A stretch of 64,000 nucleotides of DNA from Salinivirgaceae bacterium (GTDB lineage Bacteria; Bacteroidota; Bacteroidia; Bacteroidales; SZUA-534): positions 68,938 to 132,937 of the forward strand of contig JAKSOL010000005.1 in NCBI GenBank assembly GCA_024405635.1, written 5' to 3'. Under the pieces are notes generated by a model. The model was given only the letters and a program-made list of their open reading frames with translations, did no database searches and was not told where the DNA came from. Position 1 is the stretch's first letter. Every line of letters starts with the position of its first letter. The position numbers and the translations under genes are program-made. Shown piece after piece: positions 30,800 through 41,010 of this stretch.

Positions 30800-31384
30800 A
30801 TGATGTTTGAAATTGACAACACCCTTGTAAGCCTCGATTTAATTGAAAAGAAATTTTTGTGCAACCTTGGTGCCTGCCGTGGCAATTGCTGCGTTGAGGG
30901 CGATTCGGGAGCGCCATTAAACGATGACGAATGCAAGATTCTTGAAGATATTTTTGAAACCATTAAACCTCGTTTAACCACTGAAGGTGTTGCCGCTGTT
31001 GAGCAACAAGGCAAATGGATTGTTGACCGCGATGGCGATTTGGTAACTCCACTAGTAAACAACGGCCCTTGCGCATACGCTGTAATGGACGGCAACATTG
31101 TTAAATGCGCCATTGAAATGGCTTGGCAAGCTGGCGAGGTTGATTTTCAAAAACCCATATCGTGCCACTTGTACCCTGTGCGCATATCAAAAGTTGGCGA
31201 CTACGATGCAGTTAACTACGAGCAAATTGAACTCTGTCGCGATGCTGTGCTAAAAGGCAATCAACTTGGCGTTCCGGTTTACAAGTTTCTTAAAGGTCCG
31301 TTGGTTCGCAAGTATGGACAAGACTGGTACAACCAACTTTGCGAAATTGCCGAAGAGTGGAAAAATCAAGACAAAGAAGAATAG
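30800..31384 (+). CDS. DUF3109 family Cys-rich protein
   Basis: FLCNLGACRGNCCVEGDSGAP and KPISCHLYP; TACCTTTG at 30767-30774 supports a start at 30800/30803. Confidence 0.85.
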   Translation: MMFEIDNTLVSLDLIEKKFLCNLGACRGNCCVEGDSGAPLNDDECKILEDIFETIKPRLTTEGVAAVEQQGKWIVDRDGDLVTPLVNNGPCAYAVMDGNIVKCAIEMAWQAGEVDFQKPISCHLYPVRISKVGDYDAVNYEQIELCRDAVLKGNQLGVPVYKFLKGPLVRKYGQDWYNQLCEIAEEWKNQDKEE

Positions 31385-31483
31385 TAAAACCAACCGCCAC
31401 AGCCCAACATTTGCAAAACACGCAATCACACGGGGCAATGGCATAATTTACTAACTTTGCCAAACAAGAAAAACAAACCTAAA

Positions 31484-32146
31484 ATGCTAGCAACCGATTT
31501 ACTTTCAAGCATTATTCCAACCGTAGCTCCTACCGAATCGGCCTCAACCGCACTTGAGTTGATGGACGTTTTTAAGGTTTCGCATCTGCCTGTGGTTGAT
31601 GGCGACGAGTACATCGGTCTAATTTCTGACACCATTATTTACGACCTTGACAATGCCGACCGCAAAATTTGTGAATGCCACTTGCACTTACCTACACCTG
31701 CAGTTCGCGGCAGCCAACACATTTTTGAGGTTATTGAAATGCTGTCGAAAACAATGCTCACCACCCTGCCAGTTGTTAACGACAATGGGCAATACCTTGG
31801 CGTTATTGGCATAAGCGACCTTGCTTTTGAGTTGTCGCACTTGCTGAGCAGCGAAAATCCAGGCGCAATAATCGAACTCGAAATGAACGTGTACGACTAC
31901 TCGCTTAGCCAAATTGCACAAATAGTTGAAAGCAACGACTCTAAGGTTTTAAGCCTTCATGTTCGCAACACCTCGCCCGACACTATTGTTGTTACCATTA
32001 AACTAAACCGAACCGATGTATCGGGCGTTATTCAAACTTTTGAACGTTACAACTACAACATCACAGCCGTTCACTCGGTAAACGAGCAGTACAGTTCAAT
32101 GTTGCAAGACCGATTAGACTCTTTCATAAAATTCCTTAACATTTAG
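31484..32146 (+). CDS. CBS domain-containing protein with an ACT-like C-terminus
   Basis: Tandem CBS motifs (HLPVVD...GLIS, LPVVND...GVI); TAACTTTG at 31452-31459. Confidence 0.85.
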   Translation: MLATDLLSSIIPTVAPTESASTALELMDVFKVSHLPVVDGDEYIGLISDTIIYDLDNADRKICECHLHLPTPAVRGSQHIFEVIEMLSKTMLTTLPVVNDNGQYLGVIGISDLAFELSHLLSSENPGAIIELEMNVYDYSLSQIAQIVESNDSKVLSLHVRNTSPDTIVVTIKLNRTDVSGVIQTFERYNYNITAVHSVNEQYSSMLQDRLDSFIKFLNI

Positions 32147-33552
32147 TGTTGCGCCAAATTAAAATCGTAATACTGCTGTTGGTCATATTAGTAACCAACA
32201 ACACAGTTGCAGCGCAACAAGCCGACTCTGCAACAGTTACCATTGAATCGATTTTGATTGTTGGCAACCGCAAAACCGACGAGAGCATTATTCGCCGCGA
32301 AATGCTTTTTACCGAGGGCGACACCATTGACCTTACAACGCTTGAACAAAAAGTAGCTCGTAGCCGCGAAAACCTACTCAACACTTCGCTGTTCAACTTT
32401 GTTACCATCAACCTTGCTCCAACTGCGTTAGGCCGATGCCAAGTTGTGGTTATGCTTGACGAACGCTGGTACTGGATGCCTTACCTTATTTTTGAACAAG
32501 CCGACCGTAACCTTAGCGCCTTTATTCGCAACGGGCATTGGAATCGCGTCAACTACGGTTTTATGCTGATTAACAACAACTTTCGCGGGCACAACGAAAC
32601 GCTAAAACTAAAACTCCGACTTGGTTACAAACAACAAATTCAAGTTTTGTACGACATTCCGTACATAACCCAAAACAAGCGCCACGGCATTGCAGCTCAA
32701 ATGTCGTTTTACCGCCAACACGAAGTTGGATACGCCACCTTTGCCAACAAACCGCTGTATTTTAACCTCTCAACCCGATACGCCATAAAAAACCAAGATT
32801 TGTTGCTAACCTACACCTACCGGCCAAAACACGATTTTAGATTTTCGCTATCGGCCGACTATGCTCGCGCTCATATTGTTGACTCGCTTGCTAAGCTCAA
32901 CCCCATGTTTTTCAACAACGGCAGCAATCTCGCACAATACTTTACCCTGACCTACCTTATGGACTGGAACCGATGCAACTACAAGGCCTATCCAACCAAA
33001 GGTTTTAACGTAACTTTTGAAGCAAACAAAATAGGCATCAACTTGTTACACAACGAGTTGCAAGGCGAATGGAACGCCACACTTGAGGCTTATAAATACA
33101 TAGAAATAAGCAAACGCTGGTACACAGGATTTGGCGGCAAAGGCAAAATTTCGCCAAACAAAAAGCAACCTTACTACACCGAACGCGCTCTAGGTTATTC
33201 AGATTATCTGCGTTCGTACGAGTACTATATTATTGACGGGCAACAATTTATAACCGGTCGTTCGTTCGTCAAATTTGCAATTATACCTTTCAGCGTATCG
33301 CAAATCGATAGTTGGTCGTGGCAGAGTTTCAACAAAATTCACTACAGTTTGTTCATCAATGCTTTTGTTGATGCAGGCTACGTTCACGACATTGCACCAT
33401 GCCCAGGCAACACCATGGCCAACCGTGGATTGTTTAGTGCCGGCATTGGGCTCGATTTAGTAACCTACTACGACTGGATTTTCCGCCTTGAGGGCTCGGC
33501 AGGCAACCGCGGCGACAACGGCATTTACGTTCACGTTAAAAAGGCGTTTTAG
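32146..33552 (+). CDS. Omp85/BamA-TamA family protein with a single POTRA domain
   Basis: I.GNRKT...IIRRE POTRA motif, LRSYEYY and FVDAG barrel motifs, terminal Phe; GTG start overlaps the CBS gene stop. Confidence 0.8.
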   Translation: MLRQIKIVILLLVILVTNNTVAAQQADSATVTIESILIVGNRKTDESIIRREMLFTEGDTIDLTTLEQKVARSRENLLNTSLFNFVTINLAPTALGRCQVVVMLDERWYWMPYLIFEQADRNLSAFIRNGHWNRVNYGFMLINNNFRGHNETLKLKLRLGYKQQIQVLYDIPYITQNKRHGIAAQMSFYRQHEVGYATFANKPLYFNLSTRYAIKNQDLLLTYTYRPKHDFRFSLSADYARAHIVDSLAKLNPMFFNNGSNLAQYFTLTYLMDWNRCNYKAYPTKGFNVTFEANKIGINLLHNELQGEWNATLEAYKYIEISKRWYTGFGGKGKISPNKKQPYYTERALGYSDYLRSYEYYIIDGQQFITGRSFVKFAIIPFSVSQIDSWSWQSFNKIHYSLFINAFVDAGYVHDIAPCPGNTMANRGLFSAGIGLDLVTYYDWIFRLEGSAGNRGDNGIYVHVKKAF

Positions 33553-33706
33553 GTTAATGCTCAACGGTGCAATAAACTATGCAACTTTTACGCATATTCA
33601 TTTTTCGCACCACGCAATTAAACATTTCAACAATGCACCCTATCATCTCCCCATATAAAATGTTTTTCTACTTTTGCCATCATTACATTTCAACACAAGT
33701 CTATAT

Positions 33707-35449
33707 ATGAGTATCGAAGAAAAAGAATACAAAGAAGTTGAGAAAAAAGGCAACTTTATTACAGAGCAAGTTGAGAAAGATTTATCCGAAGGAAAAAATG
33801 GAGGCCGCGTACAAACACGATTCCCCCCCGAGCCAAACGGATACCTTCACATTGGTCATGCTAAGGCAATATGCCTCGACTTTGGCATGGCACAACAATA
33901 TGGCGGTGTATGCAACCTGCGTTTTGACGATACCAACCCAGTTAAAGAGGACTTGGAGTATGTTGACGCCATTAAGGAAGATATAGAATGGTTGGGATTT
34001 AAATGGGGCAACGAGTACTACGCATCTGACTATTTTCAACAGCTTTGGGACTTTGCCGTAAGGCTTATTAAAGAAGGCAAAGCCTACATTGACGAGCAGT
34101 CGTCGGAAGAGATTGCTGCCCAAAAGGGAACACCAACCGAACCCGGCAAAAATAGCCCCTACCGCGACCGTCCAATTGAAGAAAACCTTGAGCTATTCAA
34201 CAAGATGAACAGCGGCGAGATTGAGGAAGGTAAAATGGTTTTGCGCGGCAAAATTGACATGGCTAACCCAAATATGCACTTTCGCGATCCTATTATTTAC
34301 CGCGTGGTTAAACATCCACACCACCGCACAGGCACCAAATGGCAAGCCTATCCAATGTACGACTTTGCACACGGACAAAGCGACTACTTTGAAGGTGTAA
34401 CCCACTCGTGCTGCACATTAGAATTTGTTGTTCACCGCCCTGTTTACGACTATTGGATTGACGAACTAAAAGAAGGCAAAGACCTTGACGACAACCGTCC
34501 TCGCCAATATGAATTTAACAAACTAAACCTAAACTATACACTTATGAGCAAACGCAACTTGCTTATACTTGTAAAAGAAGGTCTTGTAAAAGGTTGGGAC
34601 GACCCTCGAATGCCCACCATTTGCGGATTCCGCCGCCGTGGCTACACTCCAGAGTCTATCCGCAATTTTGTTGATAAGATTGGCTACACCACATACGATG
34701 CACTAAACGACTTTGCCCTACTTGAAAGTTCAATTCGCGAGGACCTAAACGCCCGCGCAACCCGCGTCTCGGCAGTGCTCAATCCTGTTAAATGCATCAT
34801 TACCAACTACCCCGAAGACAAGGTAGAGATGCTTGAAACGGTGAACAACCCTGAGCGCCCAGAAGAAGGCACACACACCATTGAATTCAGCCGCGAACTT
34901 TGGATAGAGCGCGACGACTTTATGGAAGACGCTCCAAAGAAATACTTCCGCATGACTCCTGGTCAAGAAGTTCGCCTAAAAAGCGCCTACATAGTAAAAT
35001 GTACCGGTTGCAAAAAAGACGATGCAGGCAACGTGATAGAAGTGTACTGCGAATACGACCCCGACACTCGTAGCGGAATGCCAGGCAGCGACCGCAAGGT
35101 AAAAGGAACATTGCATTGGGTAAGCGTTAACCACTGTCTCAACGCCGAGGTTCGTTTGTACGATCGCCTTTGGAAAGTTGAAAACCCACGCGACGAAATG
35201 GCCGCAATTCGCGAAGCCAAAAACTGTGATGCTTTGGAAGCTATGCGCGAAATGATAAATCCCGACTCGCTAAACGTGCTTACAAACTGCTATGTTGAAA
35301 AGTACCTGGCCAACGCCAAACCACTAGACCACTTTCAATTCCAACGTATTGGCTACTTTAATGTTGATGCCGACTCAACAGCCAACCATTTGGTGTTTAA
35401 CCGCACTGTAGGTTTGAAAGATAGTTGGGCAAAAGAGCAGAAAAAATAG
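33707..35449 (+). CDS. glnS: Glutamine--tRNA ligase
   Basis: RFPPEPNGYLHIGH, RFDDTNP, MSKR and WDDPRMPT; TACTTTTG at 33669-33676. Confidence 0.97.
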   Translation: MSIEEKEYKEVEKKGNFITEQVEKDLSEGKNGGRVQTRFPPEPNGYLHIGHAKAICLDFGMAQQYGGVCNLRFDDTNPVKEDLEYVDAIKEDIEWLGFKWGNEYYASDYFQQLWDFAVRLIKEGKAYIDEQSSEEIAAQKGTPTEPGKNSPYRDRPIEENLELFNKMNSGEIEEGKMVLRGKIDMANPNMHFRDPIIYRVVKHPHHRTGTKWQAYPMYDFAHGQSDYFEGVTHSCCTLEFVVHRPVYDYWIDELKEGKDLDDNRPRQYEFNKLNLNYTLMSKRNLLILVKEGLVKGWDDPRMPTICGFRRRGYTPESIRNFVDKIGYTTYDALNDFALLESSIREDLNARATRVSAVLNPVKCIITNYPEDKVEMLETVNNPERPEEGTHTIEFSRELWIERDDFMEDAPKKYFRMTPGQEVRLKSAYIVKCTGCKKDDAGNVIEVYCEYDPDTRSGMPGSDRKVKGTLHWVSVNHCLNAEVRLYDRLWKVENPRDEMAAIREAKNCDALEAMREMINPDSLNVLTNCYVEKYLANAKPLDHFQFQRIGYFNVDADSTANHLVFNRTVGLKDSWAKEQKK

Positions 35450-35562
35450 CATCGGCACAAAACCATACAAGCGACAGGACAACCAACACGCATCTGTTAA
35501 AATAGGTAAAATGCCATTGTTGCACTTATCTATGCCGAAAATTTTTACTTGTTATATTTAAT

Positions 35563-35596
35563 AAAAAGGGAGCGATCAAAACACGCTCCCTTTTTT
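35563..35596. terminator. Bidirectional-type terminator downstream of glnS
   Basis: AAAAAGGGAGCG...CGCTCCCTTTTT. Confidence 0.8.
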
Positions 35597-35858
35597 ATTG
35601 GTTATTGCGAATTTTAGAATAGATTTTAACCATGTTGTTTGCTCTGTCCCAAAGCATATCTTGTATTTCAGTTACCATCATAACAAGAAGCATCATAATG
35701 CTCTATATCAACCATGTATGACCCATCATTTTCTAAATAATGAATGTCTTTTTCAATGCACTCTTCAACTTGCCAAAAGTTTGATGTAAGCCGTTTATTG
35801 TGTGATAAATGAATGTTCAGCAAAACAGACATACTTTCTATCTTTACAAGAAAAGACT

Positions 35859-36446
35859 ATGAAAAAACTATTTCTATGTATATCAGTTGCCCTTTTGTTT
35901 GAAATGGGTAATGTTCAAGCAGCAAACCACGAGGTTAGTGCTAGTTACGGAACCACAACTCACAATTCGTTTATAGGTTCGGTAGAATCGATTGGCACAG
36001 GGTTGTTTTCGTTAGGAACGTCTAAGGTTGACTATAGTTATTCAGGTACGCTCAACTTGGGTTATAAGTTTCAGCCTATAAAATATGTTGGACTTGAAAC
36101 CGTTGTGAATTACGAATCTGGCAACGGAAAAATGTACTCAAAAAACGAGTTAACTGGAAATTCTAACGTTACTCATTACTCGGTAATTGAATCGGTTTGC
36201 TTGTCGTGGTTCAACTTTAAGCATGTTGGCATGTACTCAAAATTGGGTGTTAGTTACACTGTGCGCAAAACTCAATACGATTTTGTTGATAAATCGAAGA
36301 CTTTAGACACCAAAAACGAGTCGTATTGGTGGTTTCAAATTACACCAGTGGCAATTGAGGTTGGATTGGAAAACCTTAGAGCATTTACCGAACTTGGCGT
36401 TGGTAGCCAAGGATTGTTGGCTGTTGGCTTGAAATACAAGTTTTGA
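35859..36446 (+). CDS. Small outer-membrane beta-barrel protein
   Basis: Signal peptide MKKLFL...VQA, alternating beta pattern, C-terminal ELGVGSQGLLAVGLKYKF. Confidence 0.75.
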   Translation: MKKLFLCISVALLFEMGNVQAANHEVSASYGTTTHNSFIGSVESIGTGLFSLGTSKVDYSYSGTLNLGYKFQPIKYVGLETVVNYESGNGKMYSKNELTGNSNVTHYSVIESVCLSWFNFKHVGMYSKLGVSYTVRKTQYDFVDKSKTLDTKNESYWWFQITPVAIEVGLENLRAFTELGVGSQGLLAVGLKYKF

Positions 36447-36701
36447 TTTAATGTTGCTGAACTTTGCTTAAGTTTTTCAAATCAATATGTTGCAATAACA
36501 TAAATATCGAACAACGGACTTCAGCGTTAAAACACAACTAAACCAGAACCAAATCTCCTTAATTACATACTTTGTGTTATTGTTTCAGTAATTAATGGTG
36601 GTTTATTTTGTTGCACACACTGCATTAACCTAATGCTACTTTTGCAGCATATTTTTTTGAGCCACAAAACTGGTTCTGCAACAAACAAAAACACCAACTG
36701 A

Positions 36702-37808
36702 ATGAAACGCACACTCACTTTTCTTCTTTCGGCAATTTGCTTTTGCAGTTGCGCCAAACAAAGCGACATTACTCTGCGCCAGCAAGTTGCACAAATGGTT
36801 ATGGTTGGATTTCAAGGAACCGACATAAACAATTGCGGCGAAATTGCACAAGTAATTACCAACGAGCACATTGGCGGCATCATTTTGTTCGAATACTCTG
36901 CGCCAACCAAGTCGCGCCCACGCAACATTGTGTCGGTTGAGCAAACACGCACACTTGTTGCCGAGTTGCAAAAGCTATCGCAAATTCCGCTGTTTGTAGC
37001 CATTGACGAAGAGGGCGGCATGGTGTCGCGATTGAAAAGCCGCTATGGTTTTTTGCCAACAGTAACGCCTCAATACTTGGGTCAAACCAACAACGAAGAC
37101 ACAACCCGTTTTTATGCCCGCCGCATTGCCGAAGCGTGCCGCAGCGTGGGTGTGAATGTAAATTTTGCACCATCGGTTGATGTAAACGTTAACCCAAACT
37201 GCCCTATTATTGGCAAATTGGGGCGCTCGTTTTCGTCCGATGTTGAAACCGTTATTAAGCACGCACGTTGGTTTGCCAGCGAGCATCAAAAAGCAAACGT
37301 AGGCTGCGCCATTAAACACTTTCCGGGTCACGGCAGCTCACTTGCCGACTCTCATCTTGGTCTAACCGATGTTACACAAACTTGGACTCGCGCTGAATTA
37401 AAGCCTTTTGAAACATTGCTTGCCGAGCCAAACGGCCCAATGCTTATGACATCGCACATTTTTAACGCAAAACTCGATAGCGTTTACCCTGCAACTCTTT
37501 CAAAACCCACATTGTCTATTGTTCGCGATTCAATTGGCTACAACGGCGTAATTTTCTCCGACGACATGATGATGAATGCCATTTCGAAATGCTATGGTTT
37601 GGAAGAGGCTGTTTTTCGTGCCATCGAGGCAGGAGTTGACGTGCTTATTTTTTCAAACAACATCGACGAGTACAACCCAAACATTGCACATCAAGTTATT
37701 GAGTTGATAATGAAAATGGTAGCCGATGGCCGCATAAGTAAAGAGCGAATTGCACAGTCGGTTGAGCGTATCATGTTAATGAAACACGTAATTTGCTCAT
37801 CAAATTAA
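36702..37808 (+). CDS. nagZ: GH3 beta-N-acetylhexosaminidase, probable lipoprotein
   Basis: AIDEEGG.V.RL, NFAPSVD and KHFPGHG...DSH NagZ signature, FSDD; TACTTTTG at 36637-36644. Confidence 0.85.
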   Translation: MKRTLTFLLSAICFCSCAKQSDITLRQQVAQMVMVGFQGTDINNCGEIAQVITNEHIGGIILFEYSAPTKSRPRNIVSVEQTRTLVAELQKLSQIPLFVAIDEEGGMVSRLKSRYGFLPTVTPQYLGQTNNEDTTRFYARRIAEACRSVGVNVNFAPSVDVNVNPNCPIIGKLGRSFSSDVETVIKHARWFASEHQKANVGCAIKHFPGHGSSLADSHLGLTDVTQTWTRAELKPFETLLAEPNGPMLMTSHIFNAKLDSVYPATLSKPTLSIVRDSIGYNGVIFSDDMMMNAISKCYGLEEAVFRAIEAGVDVLIFSNNIDEYNPNIAHQVIELIMKMVADGRISKERIAQSVERIMLMKHVICSSN

Positions 37809-37860
37809 TTGCAACAAACAAGCAGCACAAACAACTGTAGTTCTGTTATTTATCACCGCA

Positions 37861-38580
37861 ATGGACTTAGTCATCATCATATTGTTTTGCATTGGAGCCG
37901 CATTTGTACAACGAGTAAGCGGTTTTGGTTTCGGCATTTTTATAATGACTGTGCTGCCGTTTCTTTTGCCATCGTACGGCGAGGCCACAACACTTTCGGG
38001 GGCGTTAGCCGCAGTAATGTCGCTTATTGTGCTGGTTAAAATATGGAAATTTGTTCCGTGGCGCAGACTATGGCCTATTCTCATCACTTTCTTAATAACA
38101 TCGGCCTTTGCAGTAAATTTTGTCAGTTTGGTTCAAGACTCCGTTTTGCGTCGCATTTTGGGCATGGTTTTCATCGCGCTGAGCATTTATTTTTTCTTTT
38201 TCAGCGAGCGCATAACCATTAAGCCAACAGTAACCATGCAAGTAACCATGGGCTTTTTGAGTGGTGTGTTGGGCGGACTTTTTGCTATGCAAGGACCGCC
38301 AGCTGTGCTTTATTTCATTGCGTCAGAACGCGACAAAAACAATTACATGGCTATTACTCAGGCCTACTTTGCCATTGGCAACATTTTTATGACCATTGTT
38401 CGCGCACAAAACGGTTTTCTAACTCCAACAGTTCAACGTTGCTGGTTTTATGCTGTTGCTACTTTGTTTATCGGCATTTGGCTTGGTCGCTTGGTTTTCG
38501 ACAAAGTATCGGCGCCCATACTTCGCAAAATTGTTTACGTGTACATGGCCATCAGCGGCATCTTGGCTTTGGTTTTGTAA
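37861..38580 (+). CDS. TauE/SafE sulfite exporter family membrane protein
   Basis: VSGFGFG and GGLFAMQGPP motifs; about 8 TM segments. Confidence 0.85.
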   Translation: MDLVIIILFCIGAAFVQRVSGFGFGIFIMTVLPFLLPSYGEATTLSGALAAVMSLIVLVKIWKFVPWRRLWPILITFLITSAFAVNFVSLVQDSVLRRILGMVFIALSIYFFFFSERITIKPTVTMQVTMGFLSGVLGGLFAMQGPPAVLYFIASERDKNNYMAITQAYFAIGNIFMTIVRAQNGFLTPTVQRCWFYAVATLFIGIWLGRLVFDKVSAPILRKIVYVYMAISGILALVL

Positions 38581-38589
38581 CCCAACAAC

Positions 38590-38618
38590 AAAAAAAGGCC
38601 CCCAACGTGGGAGCCTTT
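38590..38618. terminator. Terminator between convergent genes
   Basis: AAAGGC-CCC...GGG-GCCTTT hairpin flanked by A7. Confidence 0.6.
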
Positions 38619-38640
38619 ATGCAGCAAAACTTTTCTTGCT

Positions 38641-39723
38641 TTATTTTAATTTAATGTCGCCATACGAGGTTGACAAGTCAACTATTGCTTCAGCATTTTC
38701 GCCAACCGATGTTGAAACATCTTTTGACCAACTTGACTCGTATTTAAGTTGAAGTTTTTTATTTTCTGGAATTGACAAGTCACCATAGCGAGCCGAACAA
38801 TTCATTTTATACGAAGCTTTCGAATCCACTTTAACGTTTACATCGGCATAACTAGCTTTTACTTTAACACTTTTAAATCCCGACTCAACATTGCTTATTG
38901 TAACGTCGCAGTAGCGCGAATCGACTTCAGCCTTACGCGATACGTTGCCCATTTTCAAGTCGCCATACTGCATATCGGCAACTGCCGAGGCTACATTTTT
39001 CACTTCAATGTCGCTGTATTGCGAATTGATGGTCACTTGTTTTAATCCCTGTATTTTAATGGTTGAATAGCGAGCAATTAAAGCCATAGCCGATGCCGAT
39101 TCAACCTCAATAGTTGAGTAACTTGCCCCAATACCGCAGCGCGAAATGTCAGAAATGATTACCGTTGAAAAGTTCGACTCAATTTTTGATAGTTGGTTGT
39201 CGTTTGAACCAATTTTTTTAGCCTGAAGTGTGCAATATTCAACATGCAAGTAAACGTCGCCAGTAAGGTTTTCGATGCGCACATCGCCAAATTTGTTGTT
39301 TAGCGCAATTGCCATTTCGGCAGGCATATTCACTGTGTAATTTATTTGCAACTCGCGATTTTTGTTTCGTCCGCTTTCAACCGTTGTAACTGCCTTAACA
39401 AGATTATTTTTGTTGTTTACGTCAATATTTACGCGTTCAATGCCTGCATCTGCATCTTTTTGGTTGCGAGCACGCGACTCAACTCTAACATCGATTGTAA
39501 TTTTTTTTGCATCGGTGTTTTTTATAATAATGTCGCCGTAGATATTCGTAATATCGAACTTAGTGTTTGCATCAACCTCGTAAGCAAACGACAATTCTTT
39601 AACAGCCAAAGCATCGTAGCTGCCGGCTTGAGAGTTGTTTTTTACTGTGTTTGCGCTAACTCCAAAAGCCAATAACACAACTGTAGCAAGAGCCACTATT
39701 TTATTATAAATCAACGCTTTCAT
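38641..39723 (-). CDS. Exported beta-strand repeat protein (DUF4097/adhesin-like)
   Basis: Signal peptide; recurring N.yGDi.I / .YS.I.I units. Confidence 0.75.
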   Translation of the reverse strand: MKALIYNKIVALATVVLLAFGVSANTVKNNSQAGSYDALAVKELSFAYEVDANTKFDITNIYGDIIIKNTDAKKITIDVRVESRARNQKDADAGIERVNIDVNNKNNLVKAVTTVESGRNKNRELQINYTVNMPAEMAIALNNKFGDVRIENLTGDVYLHVEYCTLQAKKIGSNDNQLSKIESNFSTVIISDISRCGIGASYSTIEVESASAMALIARYSTIKIQGLKQVTINSQYSDIEVKNVASAVADMQYGDLKMGNVSRKAEVDSRYCDVTISNVESGFKSVKVKASYADVNVKVDSKASYKMNCSARYGDLSIPENKKLQLKYESSWSKDVSTSVGENAEAIVDLSTSYGDIKLK

Positions 39724-40357
39724 TGTTGTTAGAATTTAATTGTTTTACATTATTCAAACTATTAATAATGGTGTTTAACGCTTTAATTTTAGCCTGATAG
39801 TGCTGAATCATAGCGTTTATTAGTTTAGGATCGTTAGGCGAAGCTTTAAGCTGCTTTTGCAAGTCGGCCATCACTTGGTCCATTCCCGAAATTTCGTTTA
39901 GCAAAGCTTCTTTTTGTTCCTCATTTTCAAAAGTCATGCTTTCAATTTGGTCGATACGTTCGCCAACAAGCGACGCAAAGTAACGTTGAGCTTGAGCCGA
40001 CTCGGGGTTAATTCTGTTTTCAAACTTTTGATATTGTTCCAAACCAGCAGCAAACACATTTGCGCAACCATTTTTCACGCTCTCAACATTGGTGTTTGCC
40101 ATGTATTGTTGCGAATGCGAAATAACTTGCGAAGCTGCCACTACCCCCAAGGTAAACGACACCACAAGCACAGCTGCTATTTTGGAAACGAACTGCCAAG
40201 TCAAACGGTTAGTAGTCACCACTTTGAGTTGGGGTGCGTAGTTTTTTTGCTCTTGCTGCTGCAACATTTGCGCAAACCTATCCAAATGACCTACTGATGG
40301 CGCTTCGGTATCAAAGAGGTCGCGGTTTTGGCTTATAAAGTTTTTCAATTCGTCCAT
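39704..40357 (-). CDS. Putative anti-sigma factor (single TM)
   Basis: FD...P..GH..RF N-terminus, KIAAVLVV TM helix, helical periplasmic part; overlaps the ECF sigma gene. Confidence 0.7.
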   Translation of the reverse strand: MDELKNFISQNRDLFDTEAPSVGHLDRFAQMLQQQEQKNYAPQLKVVTTNRLTWQFVSKIAAVLVVSFTLGVVAASQVISHSQQYMANTNVESVKNGCANVFAAGLEQYQKFENRINPESAQAQRYFASLVGERIDQIESMTFENEEQKEALLNEISGMDQVMADLQKQLKASPNDPKLINAMIQHYQAKIKALNTIINSLNNVKQLNSNNNESVDL

Positions 40358-40908
40358 ATATCAGTGTTTTTCAAAGTTTCTTGCAATTTCTTTTTGGCAC
40401 GCGAGTAACCAGTACGAACAGCAACATCGGTCATGCCCAAAATTTGCGCAATCTCGTCGTGTGTGTACCCCTCAAGCAGGTAAAGCGACAAAAGCACGCG
40501 ATAGTTGTCGGGCATGTTCATTATGGCATCTCTTATTAACGCGGCTGCCTTGGTAGTGTCAACCGTGTCAAGTTGAAGCGAGTCGTTGTCGGGCAGATTA
40601 GCAAACGACTCGTCAACATCGAGCAGCATCTCGCGACGGCGGCGCAGCACATCGAGCGAGCGGTTAACAACTATGCGTTTGAGCCATGCGCCAAAGCTCA
40701 CCTCTCCGCGGTAGTTGTCAATGTTGTTAAATGCCGACAAAAACGCATCTTGCATCACATCTTCAGCCTCGGCACTGCTGCCCACAATGCGAAAACTGGT
40801 GTTATACATTGCCTTGTAGTATAGCTTGTAAATAGCAAATTGTGCCTTGCTGCTTCCTTGGCGACAATCGTCTATCAACTGTGCGTTTATGTCAACGTAT
40901 TTTTCCAA
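40345..40908 (-). CDS. ECF RNA polymerase sigma factor
   Basis: AEDVMQDAF and FGAWLKRIVVN (region 2); EGYTHDEIAQILG (region 4). Confidence 0.93.
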   Translation of the reverse strand: MEKYVDINAQLIDDCRQGSSKAQFAIYKLYYKAMYNTSFRIVGSSAEAEDVMQDAFLSAFNNIDNYRGEVSFGAWLKRIVVNRSLDVLRRRREMLLDVDESFANLPDNDSLQLDTVDTTKAAALIRDAIMNMPDNYRVLLSLYLLEGYTHDEIAQILGMTDVAVRTGYSRAKKKLQETLKNTDIWTN

Positions 40909-40931
40909 TTCTTATCTTTTTTCGGTCTAAT

Positions 40932-40957
40932 GACGTCTCGTTTTTCCAAATGTTACA
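40932..40957 (-). promoter_or_regulatory. Putative autoregulatory ECF promoter TGTAAC-N16-CGTC
   Basis: AAC/CGT bipartite ECF motif with a 16-nt spacer, 24 nt upstream of the sigma start. Confidence 0.7.
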
Positions 40958-41010
40958 CAAAGGTGTAATTTTGTTGTATATTTTTTTCGAAACATTTTAA
41001 TTGTTGTGCT

